19,309 nt of DNA, taken from positions 1 to 19,309 of IMG/VR virus record IMGVR_UViG_2690315742_000008. One strand, given 5' to 3'. Under the pieces are notes generated by a model. It saw only the letters and a list, made by a program, of their open reading frames with translations, was not told the origin of the DNA and made no database searches. Position numbers and translations under genes: made by a program. Shown in pieces: positions 13,623-19,309 of this stretch; within the stretch, counting starts at the first letter, position 1; each line of letters begins with the position of its first letter. Source of the stretch: a virus (lineage: Duplodnaviria > Heunggongvirae > Uroviricota > Caudoviricetes).

Positions 13623-14146
13623 CTATCAAATCAAATACGCCAGCGTCAGATAGGTATCGGCTTATTGAGGATTATCTGTATTTAGACGGAGATACAGTCA
13701 GGTACAAAAAGGACTCGCTAAAACACCCCAACCACAGCCACCGGGCCGGAGATGAAATTAAAACATCGATAAATGGATCTGGGTATAGACAGGTGTGTTT
13801 TGCAGGCATTCAGATGTTTGTTCACGTAGTTGTTTTTGCGCTGCACAACAAAAGAATGCCATTGAAAAATATTGACCATATTAACGGAAACAGGCTGGAC
13901 AATTCCCCAAAAAATCTTAGGGAGGCAAGCCGGATAGCAAACAGCCGAAATCAGAAAACTAAGTGCAATAGCCGTTCTGGAATAAAAAATGTTTTATGGA
14001 ACAAGCAAAAAAATAAATGGGCCGTTCAAGTGCGCACAGATTTTGGCCGGTTGCATTTTGGGTTCTATGAAGATCTTGAGCTTGCTGGTTTGGTTGCCAG
14101 TGAGGCTATCAACAAATATCACGGACAATATGCGAGGGTTGAATGA
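13619..14146 (+). CDS. Second, divergent HNH-AP2 homing endonuclease, about 175 aa from ATG 13619 (ATGA overlap with ninB stop)
   Basis: HNH motif IDHINGNRLDNSPKNLREASRIANSRN and AP2-like …WNKQKNKWAVQVRTDFGRLHFGFYEDLELAGLVASEAINKYHG. The track start at 13559 lies inside ninB. Confidence 0.7.
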   Translation: MTIKSNTPASDRYRLIEDYLYLDGDTVRYKKDSLKHPNHSHRAGDEIKTSINGSGYRQVCFAGIQMFVHVVVFALHNKRMPLKNIDHINGNRLDNSPKNLREASRIANSRNQKTKCNSRSGIKNVLWNKQKNKWAVQVRTDFGRLHFGFYEDLELAGLVASEAINKYHGQYARVE

Positions 14147-14673
14147 TTAAGCATAAATCAGAAACACCAAAAGAAGTTAGAGACTGCTGGCAAACGCCGC
14201 TTTGGCTTTTTGATGCACTGGATATTGAGTTTGGATTCTGGCTGGATTCGGCAGCGAGCGACAAAAATGCTCTGTGTGCTCACTGGCTAACTGAGGCCGA
14301 CGACGCGCTCAATTCTGAGTGGGTAAGCCACGGTGCAATCTGGAATAACCCACCGTACAGCAATATCAGGCCGTGGGTGGAAAAAGCCGCTGAGCAGTGC
14401 ATACAACAGCGACAGGCGGTAGTGATGCTTGTGCCAGAAGATATGTCTGTCGGCTGGTTCAGCAAGGCTCTGGAGAGCGTTGACGAAGTTCGCATTATCA
14501 CTGATGGACGGATTAATTTTATCGAACCATCGACAGGGCTGGAGAAGAAGGGAAACAGCAAAGGCTCCATGCTGCTGATTTGGCGACCGTTCATCAGTCC
14601 TCGACGGATGTTTACTACCGTATCCAAAGCGGCATTGATGGCGATCGGGCAGGGCGTCAGGAGGGCGGCATGA
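14143..14673 (+). CDS. Phage Dam-type DNA N6-adenine methyltransferase, 176 aa
   Basis: NPPY catalytic motif ([10 protein letters not shown]); size and nin-region position are typical of lambdoid phage Dam-like methylases. ATGA overlaps on both sides. Confidence 0.7.
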   Translation: MIKHKSETPKEVRDCWQTPLWLFDALDIEFGFWLDSAASDKNALCAHWLTEADDALNSEWVSHGAIWNNPPYSNIRPWVEKAAEQCIQQRQAVVMLVPEDMSVGWFSKALESVDEVRIITDGRINFIEPSTGLEKKGNSKGSMLLIWRPFISPRRMFTTVSKAALMAIGQGVRRAA

Positions 14674-14846
14674 GGCGACAGCGACGAAGTTTCACCGACA
14701 TCATCTGCGAAAACTGCAAATACCTTCCAACGAAACGCTCCAGAAATAAACGCAAGCCAATCCCAAAAGAATCTGACGTAAAAACCTTCAACTACACGGC
14801 TCACCTGTGGGATATCCGGTGGCTAAGACATCGTGCGAGGAAATGA
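14670..14846 (+). CDS. ninE: NinE, 58 aa
   Basis: [58 protein letters not shown] resembles lambda NinE (recalled). AGGAGG SD; ATGA overlap with the methylase stop. Confidence 0.75.
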   Translation: MRRQRRSFTDIICENCKYLPTKRSRNKRKPIPKESDVKTFNYTAHLWDIRWLRHRARK

Positions 14847-15208
14847 CAATGGATTATTCACAGTTAAGTGATTTTGAAATTAACGTGGCGGTATTCGAAG
14901 CCATTCATAACGGATCACCGGATTACAAAGAAGGTGAGAATGGCGATATGGTGTTTGTCTCATTTGAGGGAGACATTGTAAACGGAGACGCAGTTGAAGT
15001 AGAAGTTGAGCGCGGATCCTTTAACCCATGCGCAAACCCAGCAGACGCATGGCCGATTATTGAAAAATACAGGATTAGCATTATCAATCTCGATGAAGAC
15101 GAGTGGGGTGCACGCGGTGTGGCCTACTGTAAATCTAAGCGAGCTATACATGAAAATCCCCTCCGCGCCGCCATGATTGTCTTTCTCATGATGCAGAGAA
15201 TCCAATAA
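14843..15208 (+). CDS. Hypothetical nin-region protein, 121 aa, NinX-like by position (between ninE and ninF)
   Basis: Start re-picked to ATG 14843, which overlaps the ninE stop (ATGA); the track start at 14807 lies inside ninE. Function unknown. Confidence 0.45.
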   Translation: MTMDYSQLSDFEINVAVFEAIHNGSPDYKEGENGDMVFVSFEGDIVNGDAVEVEVERGSFNPCANPADAWPIIEKYRISIINLDEDEWGARGVAYCKSKRAIHENPLRAAMIVFLMMQRIQ

Positions 15209-15387
15209 TGCTTAGCCCATCCCAATCTCTTCAATACCAGAAAGAAAGCGTCGAGCGGGCTTTAACGTGCGCTAACTGCGGTCAGAAGCTGCATGTTCTG
15301 GAAGTTCACGTGTGCTCCGATTGCTGCGCAGAACTGATGAGCGATCCGAATAGCTCAATGTACGAGGAAGAAGACGATGGTGATTAG
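15208..15387 (+). CDS. ninF: NinF, 59 aa ([59 protein letters not shown])
   Basis: Hand-found (below track cutoff). Matches lambda NinF as recalled. The ATG shares one base with the preceding TAA. Confidence 0.75.
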   Translation: MLSPSQSLQYQKESVERALTCANCGQKLHVLEVHVCSDCCAELMSDPNSSMYEEEDDGD

Positions 15388-15712
15388 CCGATACGGACAA
15401 ATAACGTTTAAACATTTTCAAGACAATCCAACATGGGCTGCTGCGGCTGGATATGACTTTAATTATTTTGATTGTCTGTCAGTCGCATGTATAGCAACTA
15501 CCAATGTTGCTAACAACATAATCGATGAATTCTTGGATTTTCCAGACTATCAGGTCAGAGAGTTGCCTGCATTTTTTGTGAAAGTATCTGTTGCTACAGC
15601 TCTGTTATTTATTTTGTTATTCGCATATCCATTGCTTGCCGTATTTGTTTATGTGAGATGCAAACACTCACAAAAGAAATACAGCGGAGAGCATACCGAT
15701 ATTACCAGCTAA
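15377..15712 (+). CDS. Hypothetical protein, 111 aa, with a C-terminal hydrophobic helix (…FFVKVSVATALLFILLFAYPLLAVFVYV…), at the position lambda uses for ninG
   Basis: ORF overlaps the ninF 3' end. Looks AT-rich by eye. No recognisable motif beyond the transmembrane-like segment. Confidence 0.4.
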   Translation: MVISRYGQITFKHFQDNPTWAAAAGYDFNYFDCLSVACIATTNVANNIIDEFLDFPDYQVRELPAFFVKVSVATALLFILLFAYPLLAVFVYVRCKHSQKKYSGEHTDITS

Positions 15713-15761
15713 AATATGCGTGTGTGGTTGAGGAGATGCCAAGAGAAATGGGGGAGACGTC

Positions 15762-16052
15762 ATGGCTAACCTACGCAAAGAAGCGCGCGGCAGAGAATGC
15801 CAGGTACGTATTTACGGCGTATGCAATGGCAACCCTGAAACTACAGTTCTGGCACATTACCGGATGGCTGGAATTTGCGGAACTGGAATGAAGCCTGACG
15901 ACCTGATCGGCGCATGGGCTTGTAGCGCGTGTCACGATGAAATCGACCGACGCACCCATAACCTCGACAACAAAGACGCCAGACTTTACCACCTCGAAGG
16001 CGTGATCAGAACGCAGGCGATACTGCTGAAGGAGGGGAAGATTAAGTCATGA
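15762..16052 (+). CDS. ybcO: YbcO-like (DUF1364) putative Zn-dependent nuclease, 96 aa
   Basis: Cys/His-rich (C-x-V…C-N-G…C-S-A-C-H-D-E); lies immediately upstream of rusA as in the DLP12-type arrangement (recalled). GGGGGAG SD. Confidence 0.6.
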   Translation: MANLRKEARGRECQVRIYGVCNGNPETTVLAHYRMAGICGTGMKPDDLIGAWACSACHDEIDRRTHNLDNKDARLYHLEGVIRTQAILLKEGKIKS

Positions 16053-16444
16053 AAACCTACCGAATAAAATTGCCGTGGCCTCCTTCAAACAACCGATATT
16101 GGCGACACTCAAGAGGGATCCACTACATCAGCGACTGGGGGAAGAGATACCGAAAAGAAGTAATCGAAATAATACAGCAACAACAGCTAGACATCAAAAT
16201 CACACCTCGCATCAGAATAACCATCCACGCAGCACCTCCCGATAACCGCAAACGAGATTTGGACAATCTGCCCAAAGCCGTTTTTGACGCACTCACCAGT
16301 GCGGGCTTCTGGCTGGATGACGGTCAGATAGACGATATGCGCATCAAGCGCTATCAGGCGATTAAAGGTGGAATGCTTGTGTTGGTTGTGACTGAAACAT
16401 GCGGGAGTTTGCCAATGATTACAGAGCTACTGGAGGCCGCATGA
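16049..16444 (+). CDS. rusA: RusA Holliday-junction resolvase, 131 aa
   Basis: …LPWPPSNNRYWRH…RDLDNLPKAVFDALTSAGFWLDDGQI… matches the RusA family pattern (recalled E. coli RusA). ATGA overlap with the ybcO-like stop. Confidence 0.8.
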   Translation: MKTYRIKLPWPPSNNRYWRHSRGIHYISDWGKRYRKEVIEIIQQQQLDIKITPRIRITIHAAPPDNRKRDLDNLPKAVFDALTSAGFWLDDGQIDDMRIKRYQAIKGGMLVLVVTETCGSLPMITELLEAA

Positions 16445-16647
16445 CGTTCTCAGTAAAAACCATTCCAGACATGCTCGTTGAAGCATACGGAAACCAGACA
16501 GAAGTAGCACGCAGGCTGAAATGTAGTCGCGGCACGGTAAGAAAATACGTTGATGATAAAGACGGGAAAATGCACGCCATCGTCAACGACGTTCTCATGG
16601 TTCATCGCGGATGGAGTGAAAGAGATGCGCTATTACGAAAGAATTGA
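16441..16647 (+). CDS. ninH: NinH, 68 aa
   Basis: [68 protein letters not shown] matches lambda NinH (recalled). GGAGG SD; the track start at 16399 lies inside rusA. Confidence 0.85.
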   Translation: MTFSVKTIPDMLVEAYGNQTEVARRLKCSRGTVRKYVDDKDGKMHAIVNDVLMVHRGWSERDALLRKN

Positions 16648-17296
16648 TGGCAGCAAATACCGAAATATTTTGGTAGCTGGCGACCTGCACGGATGCTACA
16701 CGAACCTGATGAACAAACTGGATACGATTGGATTCGACACCAAAAAAGACCTGCTTATCTCGGTTGGCGATTTGGTTGATCGCGGTACAGAGAACGTCGA
16801 ATGTATGGAATTAATCACATTCCCCTGGTTCAGAGCTGTACGTGGAAACCATGAGCAAATGATGATTGATGGCTTATCAGAGCGTGGAAACGTTAATCAC
16901 TGGCTGCTTAATGGCGGTGGCTGGTTCTTTAATCTCGATTACGACAAAGAAACTCTGGCTAAAGCTCTTGCCCATAAAGCAGAAGAACTTCCGTTAATCA
17001 TCGAACTGGTGAGCAAAGATAAAAAATATGTCATCTGCCACGCCGATTATCCTTGTGACGAATACGAGTTTGGAAAGCCAGTTGATCATCAGCAGGTAAT
17101 CTGGAACCGCGAACGAATCAGCAACTCACAAGACGGGATCGTGAAAGAAATCAAAGGCGCGGACATGTTCATCTTTGGTCATACGCCAGCAGTGAAACCA
17201 CTCAAGTTTGCCAACCAGATGTATATCGATACCGGCGCAGTGTTCTGCGGAAACCTCACATTGATTCAGGTACAGGGAGAAGGCGCGTGGGCATAA
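16625..17296 (+). CDS. ninI: NinI / lambda Ser-Thr protein phosphatase (calcineurin-like metallophosphatase), 223 aa
   Basis: [32 protein letters not shown]…GDLVDRG…RGNHE… matches lambda PPase (recalled) and carries the GDxHG / GDxxDRG / GNHE metallophosphatase motifs. The track start at 16550 is over-extended. Confidence 0.85.
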   Translation: MRYYERIDGSKYRNILVAGDLHGCYTNLMNKLDTIGFDTKKDLLISVGDLVDRGTENVECMELITFPWFRAVRGNHEQMMIDGLSERGNVNHWLLNGGGWFFNLDYDKETLAKALAHKAEELPLIIELVSKDKKYVICHADYPCDEYEFGKPVDHQQVIWNRERISNSQDGIVKEIKGADMFIFGHTPAVKPLKFANQMYIDTGAVFCGNLTLIQVQGEGAWA

Positions 17297-17805
17297 GAGA
17301 ACTAAACCTCACCAAAGAGCAGCACGAGTGGCTGAATGGCTGGCTTGAACTGTGGGGCGCATGGGTTTATTCAGGTCGTCTGGAAAAGCGCATGAGCAGC
17401 GTAATAGCTAAGTTCATGGAGAGCGTAGAGCCGGGAAGAGTTATGACAAGGCCAATGTGTAATGATGATGATGGAATGTTGATTTCTCAGGTCGTCGATT
17501 CCGTCATGTACATTGACAAGAAAGCCTTTGGCATCCTCCTCAGCTACTACGCTCATGGTTCATCTAAGCGAGCAATTGCATCCTACTATCACGCGACTGC
17601 AAAGCCACGCAAGATGTGTGGACGTGGTGGCGAGGGATGGAGAAAACCTTCACTGGCAACCTGTAGAAACGAAATTGACGACATCCTGAAAGCGTCATTA
17701 TTTGTTTTGTATCAACCAATGCAAAATGCTTTCAAAATGCGTAAACGTGTTGAGAAAGTTAAGCATGTTGCTGTTAAAAGCCTTGACATGCAATTAGCCA
17801 TTTAG
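17287..17805 (+). CDS. Q: Late-gene antiterminator Q, non-lambda type, 172 aa with an apparent GTG start
   Basis: Last gene before the S holin, where Q sits in lambdoid phages. Not similar to lambda Q as recalled; W…WGAW and RPMCNDDDG segments resemble the phage 82 / 933W Q type (recalled weakly). Confidence 0.6.
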   Translation: MGIRELNLTKEQHEWLNGWLELWGAWVYSGRLEKRMSSVIAKFMESVEPGRVMTRPMCNDDDGMLISQVVDSVMYIDKKAFGILLSYYAHGSSKRAIASYYHATAKPRKMCGRGGEGWRKPSLATCRNEIDDILKASLFVLYQPMQNAFKMRKRVEKVKHVAVKSLDMQLAI

Positions 17806-17812
17806 CCATAAT
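17783..17812 (+). promoter_or_regulatory. Candidate late promoter pR': -35 TTGACA (17783-17788), 18-nt spacer, -10 CATAAT (17807-17812), overlapping the end of Q
   Basis: Hexamers read directly. The placement relative to the downstream hairpin is uncertain. Confidence 0.3.
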
Positions 17813-17822
17813 TATAGGGTAA

Positions 17823-17867
17823 GCTGCCGTTAGTGACTCTTAAGTTGCAACGGTGGCTTTTTTGTTT
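17823..17867 (+). terminator. Hairpin (9-bp stem with two G-U pairs, 17-nt loop) followed by TTTTTTGTTT; candidate tR'-like terminator or pause structure
   Basis: GCTGCCGTT…AACGGTGGC pairing followed by a T-run, read directly. The loop is unusually long. Confidence 0.4.
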
Positions 17868-17941
17868 GCACAACAGGTAAGAGCATTGAACCCGCAGACC
17901 TCGCGGAATTGGTGAAAGGTGCCGCGCAGTGCTCTTATCGT

Positions 17942-18072
17942 TGTGGTGAAGCTCAATGGCGAGCTAGCAGATAGGCGACAGTGCAAATACTAGTCATGTA
18001 GCTGACCGCCGCGCGTACTGCAATCGGCAGCGCACCGATGGAAGCCGGTTCGATTCCGGCCGCCACAACCCA
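17942..18072 (+). other. tRNA-like element: perfect T-arm GCCGG-TTCGATT-CCGGC (18044-18060) with acceptor-like and D-arm-like pairing partners, but about 130 nt overall and no clean anticodon arm
   Basis: T-arm read directly. TGTGGTG (17942-17948) pairs with CGCCACA (18061-18067); GCTC-AATGGC-GAGC (17951-17964) is D-arm-like. Too long for a canonical tRNA; the best anticodon-loop candidate has no U33. Confidence 0.25.
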
Positions 18073-18158
18073 AACTGAGCCGTAGCCACTGGCTGTCCTG
18101 AATTCATTAGTAATAGTTACGCTGCGGCCTTTTACACATGACCTTCGTGAAAGCGGGT

Positions 18159-18194
18159 GGCAGGAGGTCGCGCTAACAACCTCCTGCCGTTTTG
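18159..18194 (+). terminator. Strong hairpin GGCAGGAGG-(12-nt loop)-CCTCCTGCC followed by GTTTTG, about 120 nt upstream of S
   Basis: 9-bp perfect GC-rich stem read directly. Could be a terminator that Q-modified polymerase reads through. Confidence 0.45.
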
Positions 18195-18313
18195 CCCGTG
18201 CATATCGGTCACGAACAAATCTGATTACTAAACACAGTAGCCTGGATTTGTTCTATCAGTAATCGACCTTATTCCTAATTAAATAGAGCAAATCCCCTTA
18301 TTGGGGGTAAGAC

Positions 18314-18637
18314 ATGAAGATGCCAGAAAAAAATGACCTGTTAGCCGCCATTCTCGCGGCAAAGGAACAAGGCATCGGGGCAATCCTTGCGTTTGCAATG
18401 GCGTACCTTCGCGGCAGATATAATGGCGGTGCGTTTACAAAAACAGTAATCGACGCAACGATGTGCGCCATTATCGCCTGGTTCATTCGTGATCTTCTCG
18501 ACCTCGCCGGACTAAGTAGCAATCTCGCTTATATAACGAGCGTGTTCATCGGCTACATCGGTACTGACTCGATTGGTTCGCTTATCAAACGCTTCGCTGC
18601 TAAAAAAGCCGGAGTAGAAGATGGTGGAAATCAATAA
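18314..18637 (+). CDS. S: S holin / antiholin (dual-start MKM…), 107 aa
   Basis: [63 protein letters not shown]… matches lambda S (recalled). The upstream CCCC-TTATT-GGGG hairpin resembles the lambda sdi structure. Confidence 0.9.
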   Translation: MKMPEKNDLLAAILAAKEQGIGAILAFAMAYLRGRYNGGAFTKTVIDATMCAIIAWFIRDLLDLAGLSSNLAYITSVFIGYIGTDSIGSLIKRFAAKKAGVEDGGNQ

Positions 18638-19097
18638 TCAACGTAAGGCGTTCCTCGATATGCTGGCGTGGTCGGAGGGAACTGATAACGGACGGCAGAA
18701 AACCAGAAATCATGGTTATGACGTCATTGTAGGTGGAGAGCTATTCACTGATTACTCTGATCACCCTCGCAAACTTGTCACGCTAAACCCAAAACTCAAA
18801 TCAACAGCAGCCGGACGTTACCAGCTTCTTTCCCGTTGGTGGGATGCCTATCGTAAGCAACTTGGCCTGAAAGATTTCTCTCCGAAAAGTCAGGACGCTG
18901 TGGCATTGCAGCAGATTAAAGAGCGTGGCGCTTTACCGATGATTGATCGCGGTGATATCCGTCAGGCAATCGACCGTTGCAGCAATATCTGGGCTTCGTT
19001 GCCGGGGGCTGGTTATGGTCAGTTCGAGCATAAGGCTGACAGCCTGATTGCAAAATTCAAAGAAGCTGGCGGAACGGTAAGAGAGATTGAGGCATGA
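18621..19097 (+). CDS. R: R endolysin (lambda-type lytic transglycosylase), 158 aa
   Basis: [51 protein letters not shown]… matches lambda R (recalled). Overlaps the S 3' end as in lambda. Confidence 0.9.
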   Translation: MVEINNQRKAFLDMLAWSEGTDNGRQKTRNHGYDVIVGGELFTDYSDHPRKLVTLNPKLKSTAAGRYQLLSRWWDAYRKQLGLKDFSPKSQDAVALQQIKERGALPMIDRGDIRQAIDRCSNIWASLPGAGYGQFEHKADSLIAKFKEAGGTVREIEA

Positions 19098-19309
19098 GCA
19101 GAGTAACCGCGATTATCTCCGCTCTGATTATCTGCATCATCGTCTGCCTGTCGTGGGCTGTTAATCATTACCGTGATAACGCCATGACCTACAAAGAGCA
19201 GCGCGATAAAGCCACATCCATCATCGCTGATATGCAGAAGCGTCAACGTGATGTTGCTGCGCTCGATGCAAAGTACTCGAGAGAATTAGCCAATGCGCAA
19301 GCTGAAAAT
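19094..19309 (+). CDS. Rz: Rz spanin (inner-membrane subunit), N-terminal 72 codons only; truncated by the window end
   Basis: [72 protein letters not shown]… matches lambda Rz (recalled). ATGA overlap with the R stop. Rz1 would begin just beyond the window. Confidence 0.8.
   Translation, partial: MSRVTAIISALIICIIVCLSWAVNHYRDNAMTYKEQRDKATSIIADMQKRQRDVAALDAKYSRELANAQAEN

Noticed and set aside
14280-14804. 174-aa minus-strand ORF antisense to the Dam-like methyltransferase
   Set aside because: The plus-strand gene has the NPPY motif and is coupled by ATGA overlaps on both sides; the antisense frame has no signals.
14580-16052. Over-extended or nested nin-region ORFs (14580..14846, 14807..15208 start, 14960..15205, 15658..15891, 15771..15992)
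   Set aside because: Starts re-picked to ATGs that overlap upstream stop codons and match the expected NinE/NinX-like lengths; the rest are nested or antisense.
17371-19246. Minus-strand ORFs 17371..17556, 18298..18522 and 19019..19246 opposite Q, S and R/Rz
   Set aside because: Antisense to lambda-like late genes of clear identity.
1-19309. CRISPR arrays, rRNA genes, IS elements or transposase genes
   Set aside because: No spacer-repeat periodicity, no rRNA-like sequence and no transposase-like ORF or terminal inverted repeats seen by eye; the only mobile elements supported are the intein and the HNH genes.

Overview
This 19.3 kb window is the central part of a lambda-like (lambdoid) prophage, most likely from E. 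coli or a close relative, in standard lambda map orientation. Reading left to right: an excisionase-like gene (integrase would lie left of the window), a leftward early operon, the immunity region, a rightward replication module, the nin region, a Q-like antiterminator and the start of the lysis cassette (S, R, partial Rz). Several proteins match lambda sequences as I recall them (CIII, Kil, Ral, N C-terminus, CII, O N-terminal domain, NinB/E/F/H/I, S, R, Rz); the immunity module, helicase and Q are of non-lambda types, so the phage is a typical mosaic. The strongest candidate for an undescribed system is a translationally coupled two-gene cassette (6019..7427, minus strand) sitting between cI and pL/OL, the slot lambda uses for rexAB; it looks AT-rich by eye and is flanked by a cI 3'-end remnant and its own terminator. 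Other notable items are a DnaB-type helicase interrupted in its P-loop by a ~339-aa intein with LAGLIDADG motifs, two divergent HNH-AP2 homing endonuclease genes flanking ninB, and a Sak4-like ATPase plus SSB-like partner in place of Red gam/bet/exo. All assignments come from reading the sequence and from recalled family knowledge; no searches were run, ORF-track starts were re-picked by hand (the track accepts GTG/TTG starts and over-extends several ORFs), and regulatory-site coordinates are approximate.
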